A stretch of 64,000 nt of DNA. Origin: a virus. The stretch lies in IMG/VR virus record IMGVR_UViG_3300044655_002046; one strand, written 5' to 3'. Under the pieces are notes generated by a model. The model had not been told where the DNA came from, did not search any database, and was given only the letters and a program-made list of their open reading frames with translations. Of the stretch, positions 28,176 through 38,994 are shown piece after piece (positions within the stretch are counted from its first letter, which is position 1; the number at the start of each line of letters is the position of its first letter). Position numbers and translations under genes: made by a program.

Positions 28176-30046
28176 TAATCAGCGCTTCCTTGAATAGTAG
28201 TAGTGTAATCTCTGTGTGTTAACTTATGACGAATCGAGCGTACCTTGTACTTCGGTAGTACCGCATTAGCTAGATCAGCATCTACATTGCTGACTATGCG
28301 GCCACTATTAGGATCAGCATAGTTCTCATCAGTGGCATTGACGTGGGCGCCCACGTATCGTGTTAGTATATCACTGCCATCAGGAAAGGGCACGACCCGC
28401 GCCGAGGGACTACTTGCTACGTGTTCTCGCATGCGTGCTGATAGTTCACTCAGCTCCTTCTTAGTAGCGTGCATAGCCCTCTCCTCTGCTATAGAATCGT
28501 ATGCTGATATAATCTGCCTATCGTGTATCAATGTATTATACACCTGAAATATCTCATTCGGATACCAGGTGGGGTCCCCCACTATCGTGATTTGTATCGT
28601 GCTAATATCTCTACTGGTACGGCGGGCCATACCTAAACCAACTAGTAGTGCCCCTGTCTCCTTACTGATGCCTGCGTCAGTATAGGCGCTTAGGTTCTTA
28701 TCCTCAATGACAGTGGCTCTACATGCAATAGGAGGATTTCTATCAGCGTATTTATAGGGCGTGGCCTGTAATGTAACCTCAATGGCATCATTAAATGAAT
28801 CAGAGGCGCCATTACCTCCATCATCAGTCACTATAAAGCGGTTAGTTGTGGCTATACTACTACTTACTACCCGCATAGAGAGTATGCGTTGTCTCTCATC
28901 AGGACATATGTTAAGACCCGCTGGTAGGCTGCGGAAGAAATAGGTTCTATACAGCCTATTGGGATCTTGGAAGCCACTAGTATCGCCGCTATTAGGCGCT
29001 ATTATAAAATCACCATTGATATGGCTAAATGAGGCGTCTACTACGCGCTCCTCCTTGAGTAGAAACGCCGCTTGTATTATATCAGCGGGGCTCTCATTAA
29101 TAAAGTTGAATACCCCACGGTTCTGCCCCTGCTCGATAGGCGGGCGCTGTAACCATATATGAGTACGGGGGTTACCTCCTGGGCTCATAGGTGTGAACAT
29201 AGCAGCCCGTGTCCAACGCGGCGCATCTACTAGCTCTTCGCCTGGCGTAAGCTTATTCATGTCCTGTATAATCTTAACCTCAGAATTACTCGCATCTCCG
29301 GCTATTAGTTTATTAGCGAATAAGTATTCTATCTTACCATCTGCGCCTATGTCGTAGCCGCGTACAGTCATACCCTCCTTGAACTCTTTCCAGCAGCTGG
29401 CTACCTGCGGGCCGCTCTCTGTTTCAATAGGGGAGTAACCTACTGCAAAGTTCAGTATCTTACGCAGTATGAGGGCTCTATCGCCCTTCTGTTCCGGTGT
29501 GGGGGCACTGAATAAGGTATCTGGGTTAGATAGAACACGTGTGTTGTGTAATAGCCTCATACGATCTTGACACGATAGCACTACCTGCACACCTGTATTA
29601 GCATCAGCCGTTACCTCTACCTTCTCAATGAAGCCCCAGAATACAGGGAATAGAGTAGCGCCTTCCTTCGGTATCATATCTGTATCTGGTATAGGAAATG
29701 GGATATCAGATAGATTACTGATATCCAGTACCTGTTTATCTGACCCTACCATCCCCATGTAAATTCGTATCTCATCCTCCTCGCTGAGGTAGGGGTAGCG
29801 CCCGCCTCTGTACTTACTAACATCAGGCAGCGCTGGTAGTAATCCCGGCGCATCTGGTACGGTTAGTGTTACGCGAGCTCTATTTATATTCCAGTTATCG
29901 GCGTTGGTTATAACATCTACGGCGCGTACAGTCCAGCGACTCTTGTTTATATCAGTAGCACATATCTGAGTGCCAAATAATATAGGTTGTATATCATTAA
30001 CAGCTGTGGCCAGCGTTATTACTGCAGCAGGTGTCTTAGGACGCAT
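28175..30046 (-). CDS. Baseplate hub protein (gp27/gpD-like)
   Basis: FWGFIEKVEV...VVLSCQDRMRLL and ITIVGDP...KVRSIRHKL...YTTTI motifs; position. Confidence 0.7.
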   Translation of the reverse strand: MRPKTPAAVITLATAVNDIQPILFGTQICATDINKSRWTVRAVDVITNADNWNINRARVTLTVPDAPGLLPALPDVSKYRGGRYPYLSEEDEIRIYMGMVGSDKQVLDISNLSDIPFPIPDTDMIPKEGATLFPVFWGFIEKVEVTADANTGVQVVLSCQDRMRLLHNTRVLSNPDTLFSAPTPEQKGDRALILRKILNFAVGYSPIETESGPQVASCWKEFKEGMTVRGYDIGADGKIEYLFANKLIAGDASNSEVKIIQDMNKLTPGEELVDAPRWTRAAMFTPMSPGGNPRTHIWLQRPPIEQGQNRGVFNFINESPADIIQAAFLLKEERVVDASFSHINGDFIIAPNSGDTSGFQDPNRLYRTYFFRSLPAGLNICPDERQRILSMRVVSSSIATTNRFIVTDDGGNGASDSFNDAIEVTLQATPYKYADRNPPIACRATVIEDKNLSAYTDAGISKETGALLVGLGMARRTSRDISTIQITIVGDPTWYPNEIFQVYNTLIHDRQIISAYDSIAEERAMHATKKELSELSARMREHVASSPSARVVPFPDGSDILTRYVGAHVNATDENYADPNSGRIVSNVDADLANAVLPKYKVRSIRHKLTHRDYTTTIQGSAD

Positions 30047-30053
30047 AATTAAT

Positions 30054-30083
30054 AAAAAAGGGACTCAGGAAATCCTGAGTCCC
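30054..30083 (-). terminator. Intrinsic terminator after the tail tube gene
   Basis: GGGACTCAGGA-AA-TCCTGAGTCCC perfect stem followed by T6 on the minus strand. Confidence 0.85.
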
Positions 30084-30104
30084 ATAGGCGGAGAGAATGT
30101 GGGA

Positions 30105-30815
30105 TTATTGTGTAATACTATTCCCAAACGATGAGGAAGAGCTTCCCACAGATATAGGACGAGTTGTGTTTTTGAACTGCTGAACAGATTCAGGAATATA
30201 CCTAATACCTTCAGCTACACCTTCCCAACGTTGTGCAGGTACGCGACGACCAGGCATGAAGCCGACGCTGTAATTATCTACCTTGCATCTAGTTATCTCA
30301 TATCTAAACTTCGCCCTACGATTACGACTAGCAGCACTATTAGTAGGGAACTCTATGCCGCTCTGATTATCGCCATTAGAAGCGATATTCCAGTAATCGA
30401 GGGATCCTAATCTACGGCTATCTGCTCCACTACGAGTTAGTGGATTAGTTACTAACTCAGCCGCATTAGCATCGAAGGTAATCTGGAACCGGGGGCTCCG
30501 ACCTAGTATTTGATCACGACCAATTTCATTAGTGCCGAACGTGCGGCCCATAAATTCACCATCAACTAAACCTTGTTCTAGTACCCACGCGATGTTATAT
30601 TCCCCGTCTAGATAGACAGGTACGCGTTGGCCTAATTCTAAATAGGTCTCAGTCGAATTTCTAATACTGAGCGTCAGGGACTGGAACTTACCGAACCAGG
30701 CAACCTGTCCGCTACTAGTGTCATTAACCCAGACCTCGAAGTCAAACCCACTAAAGGGATCGAGACCGAAGTTATTGACAGCAGGAGTGAGGAAAAGAGC
30801 GTCTTTAGATGACAT
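30105..30815 (-). CDS. Tail tube protein
   Basis: Directly after the sheath; FQSLTLSIRNSTETYLELG...LDGEY.I...LEQG.V tube-like pattern. Confidence 0.8.
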   Translation of the reverse strand: MSSKDALFLTPAVNNFGLDPFSGFDFEVWVNDTSSGQVAWFGKFQSLTLSIRNSTETYLELGQRVPVYLDGEYNIAWVLEQGLVDGEFMGRTFGTNEIGRDQILGRSPRFQITFDANAAELVTNPLTRSGADSRRLGSLDYWNIASNGDNQSGIEFPTNSAASRNRRAKFRYEITRCKVDNYSVGFMPGRRVPAQRWEGVAEGIRYIPESVQQFKNTTRPISVGSSSSSFGNSITQ

Positions 30816-30819
30816 TATA

Positions 30820-33144
30820 TTACTCGCCTAAGGGACTGGTTTCTGTATCGCGGCTAATCGTTACGTAGATATAATCTGCGCTATAGAGGGGCTGGAATTG
30901 TAAACTAACGTATAGTTCGCGGTTAAAGTAAGACGCTGTACTATTATTGCTGCTATCGATAATGGCAGGCCGGAAGCTAACAATGCTACCATTCCGCTTG
31001 AGCTCACCCATAAAGGCATTAAGAGCAGCGGCTATCTGATTACGGACTAAACGACTATTAGGCATAGCCACATAATTCCGCAGGATAGCGTGAGCGCCCT
31101 GTCTAACAACGTCGTGAGCCCGGCGTAGATATATACGCTCCCACGCAGGATCAGTAGATAGTGTAACACCACTAGCAAAACGGTATGTACGGTCAATTGT
31201 ATCCAGACTTAGTACCTCTAACCGCGCAGCTGAATAGATGTCCTGATTGCTGCGGCTGGCATAATTATCCGTATCAGACTCTATGATGTTAGGGAGGGGC
31301 CCGACAATAGACCGCGCTGCAGGACTGACATAGAAGTCAATAGCAGCTAATTTACCTGCGTAAACAGCAGCACCAGGCGCGCCATAGCGACTACTATTAG
31401 GTTGGCCAGCGTACGTAAACCAGCCTGCTACCATAACCGCGCGGGTGGAGTTGAATCCACGTGTAACACTGGCGGCCAGAGTAGGGGTAGTGCGCGGAGG
31501 AGCAGCTAACACTGCTATACGAAGACCATCACTATCACGAGCACGTTCGGCTTCAGTAATAAGAGCCTGCTGAACACCTACGTTAGTAGTGCCCACTAGG
31601 AGAATATGCACAGGTTGGTTCTCTAGGGTACGGATGATGCTAACATAGTCATCATTAGCTACAGGAGGCCCGTCGTATCCATTCTCTAGTGTCACATCCA
31701 CCAACACATTAGGACCATAAAAGTCCACGTGGGTAGAGTTCTCAACATCAGTCTCACTCTCGTCAGGCGGGGCTAGTCTCAGCGGTGACTGACGTACTAG
31801 AGCGGCGTCGTAATTAATCGAGTCGATGGACTTAGGTAAGAAGAAGCCTCGGATAAACTTCGAATCGAGGAGTGCATTTAATTCACCTGATTCGTTTGTA
31901 TCCTCCAGTTTAACAGTGTAAACTTCATCAGCGAGAGGCGGGTTGAAGGCACTACCATTTAAGTCTTGTACAGTAAGGCGAAACTCGCTATTACTCACAG
32001 GATAGATACTAACCGTAACTTGATTACCCCAGTTACCCTCACTGGCTGCTTGGAGGCGCAAGAGAGGGGTACCATTGAAGGTATAGAAATCACGGAATGC
32101 GCTACGAGGACCATCCAATCCGCCCTGGAATGAAGTGAAATGAGTAACGGGATTCAGAGGAACAGTGACTAATGCCGGGCTAGTGGTAAATCCTCTATTA
32201 GTGGTGTTATCAACTGCCTCTACGTAGAACGAGAAGCGATTGCTGATAGAACCAGTGAGGGAGGGCTCTAATTGAATGACCACTCCGTTGTCCTGAGAGT
32301 TACGAGTAATTTCACCAAAGGGCTCCACACCTGCAGAGGCACTGATCAGGCTAGTGACAATCTGGTTAGGTAGGTCGCCGCTATAGATGGGTACAGAGAC
32401 TACATACTTGTTAACTCTAATACTCCAGCTATTACCCTCTACTATATTGAGGGCTGCACCGGCTACAGTGCCGAAACGAACTCTGATGTTATTACTAGTT
32501 AGTGGGATGAGAATGTTACTAGAACTACCTACACCAGCAGCAATATCAACCTCAATATTCGTAGTGACAGCCGCCCAGTTAAGTGGATTCTGACCCAGTG
32601 CTACAAATTGCCACTTAATAGTAGCTACACCGGCATCAACATCATCGACGCGAAGGAAATATCGGCCACTGGTAGAACCAGTATACGGGCCCTCTGCAGC
32701 TACCACCTCTTTACTATTGACTACAGGCGCTGCAGTAGTATTAGTGAGCATAGGCCACACTATATCAGCGGCTGCATCTTCGCGAGCAATAACCTCTCCC
32801 ACGAAGTTGGTGTGGATATTGAGAGTGTTATTAACTCCGGCTACACCAGAGAATGTAAGGGACGCAGCCGCAGGGCGGCCTCGGCCAGTAACTCGTACTA
32901 GGGCGATGTTAGCGTCCTCTGGATTAATGAATTGATCATATACAGCCTGGTATTGTAATGAACCTGGGCTAGTGTCGGAGCCATAGCGATACGCAAAGTC
33001 CGAGAAGCTACCAATGTAGGTCAGGAGGTTAGCCGGCCCCCGATTAAATCGGTCTATGATGGCGATCCGATTCAATACGTTCGGCCGCGGCAAGGCTAAA
33101 CCTACATTGGTATCTTGAAATTCTATAAAGGGGGCGCGAGCCAT
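30820..33144 (-). CDS. Tail sheath protein (774 aa)
   Basis: FNRGPANLLTYIGSFSDF..RYG, AASEGNWGNQV and WERIYLRR...RNYVAMPN sheath motifs; same length as I recall for the Ma-LMM01 sheath. Confidence 0.92.
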   Translation of the reverse strand: MARAPFIEFQDTNVGLALPRPNVLNRIAIIDRFNRGPANLLTYIGSFSDFAYRYGSDTSPGSLQYQAVYDQFINPEDANIALVRVTGRGRPAAASLTFSGVAGVNNTLNIHTNFVGEVIAREDAAADIVWPMLTNTTAAPVVNSKEVVAAEGPYTGSTSGRYFLRVDDVDAGVATIKWQFVALGQNPLNWAAVTTNIEVDIAAGVGSSSNILIPLTSNNIRVRFGTVAGAALNIVEGNSWSIRVNKYVVSVPIYSGDLPNQIVTSLISASAGVEPFGEITRNSQDNGVVIQLEPSLTGSISNRFSFYVEAVDNTTNRGFTTSPALVTVPLNPVTHFTSFQGGLDGPRSAFRDFYTFNGTPLLRLQAASEGNWGNQVTVSIYPVSNSEFRLTVQDLNGSAFNPPLADEVYTVKLEDTNESGELNALLDSKFIRGFFLPKSIDSINYDAALVRQSPLRLAPPDESETDVENSTHVDFYGPNVLVDVTLENGYDGPPVANDDYVSIIRTLENQPVHILLVGTTNVGVQQALITEAERARDSDGLRIAVLAAPPRTTPTLAASVTRGFNSTRAVMVAGWFTYAGQPNSSRYGAPGAAVYAGKLAAIDFYVSPAARSIVGPLPNIIESDTDNYASRSNQDIYSAARLEVLSLDTIDRTYRFASGVTLSTDPAWERIYLRRAHDVVRQGAHAILRNYVAMPNSRLVRNQIAAALNAFMGELKRNGSIVSFRPAIIDSSNNSTASYFNRELYVSLQFQPLYSADYIYVTISRDTETSPLGE

Positions 33145-33195
33145 TTATCTATATATCCGTAGGGACTTATTAGTCTTATCAGTTATTAGATAGAC

Positions 33196-33894
33196 TCAAG
33201 TAGGCTCTAGTATGGTAAATCTCTCTAGGGGCTGTCTTAATCTATCCCGCCAGCCCTTGCTGACGTAACTATCTATAGCTATTAATAGACTACCCTGATG
33301 AAAGTAAACGTTACCACTATCCTCCCACTTACTAGTTGAGTAATTACTACTCAGTACCTGTATATTATCACCTGGTAGCGGTACGCTGTGTTCATTATCA
33401 TATAATGCAAGGCGCGTTAGCTCCATGTAATTACTGATAATAGCCAATGGAGGACTAATAGCCAGCCTGGCAGTAGATACTATGTGTTCTTGTAGGCGGG
33501 GCTCTATATTATCAGTTATAAGTATAGGACACTCTTCTACATCGAGATCATCAAAGCTAACCTCCTGTATAGAGAATCGTATTATGAAGTTAAAGCAGGC
33601 CTGTTCGTAGCCCCCCATTCCTCCCATAGTATGCGACCTATATACGCTACTAACCTCATGATTCATAGCGCTATGAGGTGTGCTAGTCTCCGATTCATTA
33701 TTAGGGAATATAGAACAAACGAGGCCCGGCTGTGTAGCTAGTCCCGCTGCTTGTCTCCAGTACTCTATATTCACTACGTCTCCAGTGACAGGGTGCTTTA
33801 CTAGTGGGTAGTAAAGTAGAGGGTGATTAGATAAATATGTGAATAGACGGCGGCTGATGTCGTATAGTGAGTTCTCTATCCTGAGATCTGTCAT
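33196..33894 (-). CDS. Putative tail terminator/neck protein
   Basis: Size and position upstream of the sheath. Confidence 0.5.
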   Translation of the reverse strand: MTDLRIENSLYDISRRLFTYLSNHPLLYYPLVKHPVTGDVVNIEYWRQAAGLATQPGLVCSIFPNNESETSTPHSAMNHEVSSVYRSHTMGGMGGYEQACFNFIIRFSIQEVSFDDLDVEECPILITDNIEPRLQEHIVSTARLAISPPLAIISNYMELTRLALYDNEHSVPLPGDNIQVLSSNYSTSKWEDSGNVYFHQGSLLIAIDSYVSKGWRDRLRQPLERFTILEPT

Positions 33895-35768
33895 CTTAGT
33901 CTCCTGAGACGGTCAAATACATCCTGGAGGCGCGGGCTCATATCTCCTGTAGTTACTCTAATTACCTTACCGCCGTTCTTATTAGGGTCCAGTAAGGCTG
34001 CCTTATTCTCATTCAAGTTATCTTGCTTCTTAGCCGTTATGATTAGAGAGCGGGGGTTCGTTGTATAGGCTGATCTATTGACCACCTCATCTCCTACTCC
34101 TACCTCGAGTGTGCCAGGGAAGCCATCGTCTCCTGCTAGTAAATCAATTACCTCCCTTATCTCACGAGATGACTCTCTGAAAGATGTGAAGGTTATGCCC
34201 GGCACGCCCTCCCTATCAACACGTATAGCCCCTAATACCTCAGTGTAAGGGCTTATGGAGTATGTGGCCTGCAGTAGAGCCTCTACTAGTGCCATGGGTG
34301 TCAGGCCATCTACGTCTATGAGTAGCGTATCGTCAGTACCTAAGAATGCATAACTATCTTCTGTAGGTTCACTACTACTAATACGAAGTCTTAGGGTTCC
34401 TTCTAGGGGGCCCGTAGTTCTGAAGTAGAATGTATTGAGCTCATAGTCAGTAGATAGTGTGGGCTCCAGGGCCTTATAATTACCCTCCTTGACCTCGAGT
34501 ATAAGAGAGCGACTTCCCCACTCTCCCATAGAGCTGAAGTCGGGTTCCGTGCTATGAAGTAATCCTGGGATATGGTACTCACTAGAGGTACGGGCGGCTA
34601 TAGCCATGGCAGGTGTTATAGTAACAGCCCCCCACTGCGTACTGGGAGGAGCTGGGTTCAGACCTGCTACCAGCGAGCGGTAGAATAGACCATTATATCT
34701 GACTACATTGCCAATAGCGTATGTAGTGCCTGCAACCCACTCGCCTAGGTAGCCTGGTAATATAGCGCTTAGCGCTATAGTATGGGCCGACATTATCACC
34801 AACTCTTTACCAATGGTAACATCGTGGCGTCGTACTCCCAGACTCATACTTACCGTCTCGAACCATACAGAGGCCCTCGTGCGCTTAGGTAGTTCGTTCG
34901 GGAAATAACTCTTACTATCTATATCTAGTTGTACAGAGCGGGGCCTCTTACTATTAGGGCCCACTAGTAGATTGGTGCAGTCTAGCGCGCCTAGCGTAGC
35001 ATTATTAACCGCCGTAATGACACTAGATATGACGTCGTGAATAGTATAACCATTTATCATAGGCACTATGACTTCTAGCGCACCAGAGTTACTGACTACA
35101 TATCCATCGACGGGCCCCGTCTTATTAGATAAGTAGAGATATACATAGCTATAGTTATCGTCATCTATATGCAGTGTCTCTAACTGTTGTACTGGTGAGT
35201 TGGGCCGGCTCGTATCTAGGTTGATAGATGCAAAGTCAGTGTAGGATAGCGAGTATAGATCGAGGTTAAGCGCGAAGTATAGAGTGCGCTCCCGATTAGT
35301 ATCTAGCTCACGCGCCCCGTCTCCTGATACTAAGCCATCCTTATAGAGAGCTATGATACGCTCTAGATCGACTATAGCCGCCTTCTCTAGATTCTCCGCT
35401 AGCGTTATATTCTTAACACTAGCATCAATAGGAATGGAGGCTATTAGGCGACTAGCAGTGAGAGTAGCTGCTATGGCTAGTAGACCCTCCTGGAATGGGC
35501 CGCTAGGATCGCTTAGTATCTCGACTACTCGTTGGAATACTATGGAATACGTATCGCCAAATAGATATGTGTTATCCAGAGCGCGGGCTGCGCTCAGTAT
35601 CAAGCCCATACGCGGATAGGCCTGCTGCAGCGCTACAGCCACTACCTCATCCTGCCGCCGTCTATAGGCTGATAATAGAACACTGTGAGAAACCACCATA
35701 TCGAGGAATGCCTCGCGGTTGGTCTCTATGTAGGTGCGGATGGGACCACTCTGGCCAAAACTGTTCAA
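33891..35768 (-). CDS. Putative neck/head-tail protein with an inserted CBM5/12-like module
   Basis: EWVAGTTYAIGNVVRYNGLFYRSL...P.....W at ~34625-34752. Confidence 0.55.
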   Translation of the reverse strand: MNSFGQSGPIRTYIETNREAFLDMVVSHSVLLSAYRRRQDEVVAVALQQAYPRMGLILSAARALDNTYLFGDTYSIVFQRVVEILSDPSGPFQEGLLAIAATLTASRLIASIPIDASVKNITLAENLEKAAIVDLERIIALYKDGLVSGDGARELDTNRERTLYFALNLDLYSLSYTDFASINLDTSRPNSPVQQLETLHIDDDNYSYVYLYLSNKTGPVDGYVVSNSGALEVIVPMINGYTIHDVISSVITAVNNATLGALDCTNLLVGPNSKRPRSVQLDIDSKSYFPNELPKRTRASVWFETVSMSLGVRRHDVTIGKELVIMSAHTIALSAILPGYLGEWVAGTTYAIGNVVRYNGLFYRSLVAGLNPAPPSTQWGAVTITPAMAIAARTSSEYHIPGLLHSTEPDFSSMGEWGSRSLILEVKEGNYKALEPTLSTDYELNTFYFRTTGPLEGTLRLRISSSEPTEDSYAFLGTDDTLLIDVDGLTPMALVEALLQATYSISPYTEVLGAIRVDREGVPGITFTSFRESSREIREVIDLLAGDDGFPGTLEVGVGDEVVNRSAYTTNPRSLIITAKKQDNLNENKAALLDPNKNGGKVIRVTTGDMSPRLQDVFDRLRRLR

Positions 35769-35780
35769 TGTAACCTCCGG

Positions 35781-36449
35781 TTACTCAAGGTTCATTAGAG
35801 CATCAATAGTGCGTGCCTTACCAATGAAACGAATACCCTTTTCTGTAGCCATATTCTTGATTTCAATAGATGTTAGTTTCTCTAACTGGGCTCGTTTATT
35901 TAAATTAGCAGCATCAACAATATTAGGGCTATCAACGCCGCCAATCTCAATCTTCTCCCCATCTGCTGTTAGAAAGACTGTAGCTTCGTCACTATCCTCA
36001 TCGTAGATATTAGGCTCTACGGGAGGCATGCCGGACTGCCCTAACTCAGGGGCCTTCTCTTCAATAGGTACTAGAGGCTCTCCTGGTAAGCCCACCGGAA
36101 TATCATATACTTCGTAACTGATAACACTCTCTTCTTGAGTAGAGACGCCGTGGGTGACTGCGCCCTCAATGTAATCGTAGTTGGCGCCCTCGCGGTTTAC
36201 CTCATCCATTAATTCATTATAGCCCTGCTGATATTCATCGAGATAGAAGTAGTCCAGATGAATAGACTGCGGGCTAACTAGAAACTTGAGCTCCTCTCTC
36301 GCCTGTGCGTCATCAAGGTCGAAGTGAGGTCTATCTCCTGTAAAGTAAGCGCGGCCTTTGCCCCCGAACTCATAGTCAAAAGGACTTAGGATGGTGAGTA
36401 CTAATGTGGTCATATATTTAGAAAATGGATACCATATACAATTTAACAC
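35781..36449 (-). CDS. Acidic hypothetical protein with a C-terminal HeH/Rho-N-like helix pair
   Basis: C-terminal LEKLTSIEIKNMATEKGI...KARTIDALM. Confidence 0.55.
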   Translation of the reverse strand: MLNCIWYPFSKYMTTLVLTILSPFDYEFGGKGRAYFTGDRPHFDLDDAQAREELKFLVSPQSIHLDYFYLDEYQQGYNELMDEVNREGANYDYIEGAVTHGVSTQEESVISYEVYDIPVGLPGEPLVPIEEKAPELGQSGMPPVEPNIYDEDSDEATVFLTADGEKIEIGGVDSPNIVDAANLNKRAQLEKLTSIEIKNMATEKGIRFIGKARTIDALMNLE

Positions 36450-36470
36450 TTAAAGACGCTCTAAAGAGTA

Positions 36471-36506
36471 ATATAAAACGCTAGGATTTCTCCTAGCGTT
36501 TTATAT
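36471..36506. terminator. Symmetric intrinsic terminator after the head genes
   Basis: ATATAAAACGCTAGGA-TTTC-TCCTAGCGTTTTATAT. Confidence 0.85.
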
Positions 36507-36519
36507 AGGCATCGCACTA

Positions 36520-37626
36520 CTAGATTAAGCTTCTGTAGATAGTGCGGGAGATGGTGAGAGCAGCAGATGCGCCTACGGTCACTTCAACTAGGTCAACGGG
36601 ATCGGCCCATTTAGTTAGGCGAGAGTCACCTGGTTTTCCCACCTTGCGCATAGGAGCCTCATTCTCTAAGTAGATAGGATTGATGCGTCCTAGTAGTGCC
36701 GAGTCGGAACGAGTTAATACGCGCTGGATAGCCGGTTCGCTACCAGTCTGAGCAGACGCAGTAGTGCTGGGCATGTAGTACTCGAATACAGAGATGTGAG
36801 TACCAGACGCAGCGTTGATGTTATTGATGTCAGCAACAGCAGTGCCCGCCGTACCAGTGTTAGCGTTGCCGATGTTAGCGTAATGAAACGCGGTGCCAGG
36901 CTTAATTAGGAAGGACTTACCGGCGGTGTTGTAGCGGGCTACAGCATCGGCCTTAGTAAATACCTTACGGACTGCAGGGAACTCAGGTACCTGAGCGCTT
37001 AACTCGAGGAACGCAGTAGAGGTGATACTCTCTAATAGATTCTGGGATGCTGCATTGGTCTGGGGAATTACTTCTCTGAGAACTAAACGCACGCCAGAAG
37101 GAACGAGGGGATAAGGAGCATAGGGGCGGCTGGTACCCTTAGCGCGCTCTTCTTCATAATTGTTGAAGGCTACAATATCAGCTGCGCTAGCGGATCCCTT
37201 GAATACGCGGTTACGTACATTATCAATACCACCAAGAGCGGCTACTGCAGCCTCTACAGTGGGGTTGATGAATACATCAGCGTAGGCCTCAAGATTAGCA
37301 TCGTAGTTAACGAAGTAATTGACACCAGCGGCGACAGCAGCAGTTTTATCGGCGGGTTCTACATAACTGGGTACTGCGCTAATGATGAAGCGTTGCCCCT
37401 GCGCTACAAGAGAACCAAGAGCGCCGAAGTCAAGAGATAAGCCATTGAGAGAGATAGGAATACCGTCGAACTCAATAGTACCGCCAGTGAAGTTAATCGT
37501 GTCTTCGTTAGGAGGGGACTGCACAGCTGCAGAGGGGGCGGTAGTTACCCCACCCAACACATACAGCGTATCATAGATCGGCTTACGCGCTCCAGGGAGG
37601 GCTTGCCAAACATTGTGGATAGACAT
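36520..37626 (-). CDS. Second major head/decoration protein
   Basis: Immediately after the capsid gene and ahead of a strong terminator; Ala-rich. Confidence 0.65.
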   Translation of the reverse strand: MSIHNVWQALPGARKPIYDTLYVLGGVTTAPSAAVQSPPNEDTINFTGGTIEFDGIPISLNGLSLDFGALGSLVAQGQRFIISAVPSYVEPADKTAAVAAGVNYFVNYDANLEAYADVFINPTVEAAVAALGGIDNVRNRVFKGSASAADIVAFNNYEEERAKGTSRPYAPYPLVPSGVRLVLREVIPQTNAASQNLLESITSTAFLELSAQVPEFPAVRKVFTKADAVARYNTAGKSFLIKPGTAFHYANIGNANTGTAGTAVADINNINAASGTHISVFEYYMPSTTASAQTGSEPAIQRVLTRSDSALLGRINPIYLENEAPMRKVGKPGDSRLTKWADPVDLVEVTVGASAALTISRTIYRSLI

Positions 37627-37654
37627 AGTTTAAAAATATGCGGGGGGTGAGGAA

Positions 37655-38968
37655 TTATAAACCAGGGAAGAATAACTCTCCTTGAATACCGAGGCGCTCA
37701 TTGATTTGCGCTACGGTACAGGGGGTTATGTGACAAACGCGATAGGGGAACTTGAAGTAGGGTAGACCAGCATTACCCATCTGAACCGCGATACCAGGTG
37801 CTGCCGGAGGAGGAACATCAGTAACAGTACGAGTCCATAAGCCGGGGCTATCAATACTGTTTTCACTAGAGCAATACTGAGTTCTGCCTGGTGCTTCTAC
37901 GTTGCCATCGCTATCAAGGAAGCTGAGAGCTACAATTTTGTTCTTAGGCCATACGCGCTTCTCAACACCATCAACGGGATCCTTATAGATAGTATCTACT
38001 ACATGGACGTTGACTCCCGCAATAGAGAGGATCTCACCGCGAGTACCTAATACTAAGCCCATGCCAGTTCCCAACCCACCAGGAGGGAGGGGACCAAATG
38101 ACCCGCCATTGCCGTTGGCATCAATTGTGCTGTCTCCAAACACTGCGCCGAGCTTAGGAATAATACCGCCTTGTGCAAGACGAGCTTCTTCAGACATGAG
38201 AATAACATCGCGCATCTCGGGACCAATATACATATCGGTGATATCCGATTTATTGGTATCCTTAAACCAACGGTTTAGTCGACGCACGAAGTTGGAGAGA
38301 GCAAACTGAGGATCAGTGATAGGGACGCCTGCACTAGGAGTACCGCCTGCGTTTAAATCAATAAGGTTACGGAATAAATGGGCCTCATTCCGGCCACGGT
38401 AACCTTGGGTAATGTTGAAGCCAAAGAAGTTACGCGCGGGGATGTACGCGGGGGCCTTAACGCGAACTCCAGAACGAGGATCAGTGTAATTGATACCGCC
38501 GAGCATCATAGCGGCGCGGAACACGTTCCAGGTTAACTGGTGCTTCTGCATCTGACGGGTGAGTTTCTTCTCAATCTGTTCAGCAGCAGTAGCGCGCTCA
38601 TTATTAGTACCCTCTCTTACAGTGTTATTGAGCTGAGCATAACTCATGTACATAGATTGACGGATAGGGAGGGGCTGATAAGACTGGCGGTACACTGTAT
38701 AACCGTCGTCATCAACGAATAGATCAGGTCTACCCCACTCAACCACAGGGAAAATAGTAGTGACACCTTCGATGATGTGCTCAGCAATGACAATGCGCTC
38801 AGCAATCGTCTCATCGGGGAATACAGTGCTGAGAGGAGTCTCAGGTAACTTAGCGAGAATAGAGCGGGCTAACTCAGTGTATACGGGCTCCCGAGGGAAC
38901 GTAGTGTTGTCTACTAAGTAGGGGCTGCTGATAAGCTCTTGAAAGTTGGGGCTTCGAATATCTGCCAT
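37655..38968 (-). CDS. Major capsid protein (HK97 fold, cap_E-like)
   Basis: Follows the protease/scaffold gene; LARSIL...PLSTVFPDE, size 437 aa, VWPKNKIVAL. Confidence 0.85.
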   Translation of the reverse strand: MADIRSPNFQELISSPYLVDNTTFPREPVYTELARSILAKLPETPLSTVFPDETIAERIVIAEHIIEGVTTIFPVVEWGRPDLFVDDDGYTVYRQSYQPLPIRQSMYMSYAQLNNTVREGTNNERATAAEQIEKKLTRQMQKHQLTWNVFRAAMMLGGINYTDPRSGVRVKAPAYIPARNFFGFNITQGYRGRNEAHLFRNLIDLNAGGTPSAGVPITDPQFALSNFVRRLNRWFKDTNKSDITDMYIGPEMRDVILMSEEARLAQGGIIPKLGAVFGDSTIDANGNGGSFGPLPPGGLGTGMGLVLGTRGEILSIAGVNVHVVDTIYKDPVDGVEKRVWPKNKIVALSFLDSDGNVEAPGRTQYCSSENSIDSPGLWTRTVTDVPPPAAPGIAVQMGNAGLPYFKFPYRVCHITPCTVAQINERLGIQGELFFPGL

Positions 38969-38994
38969 ATTAGTGGGAAGTTAGTAAATTAGGA

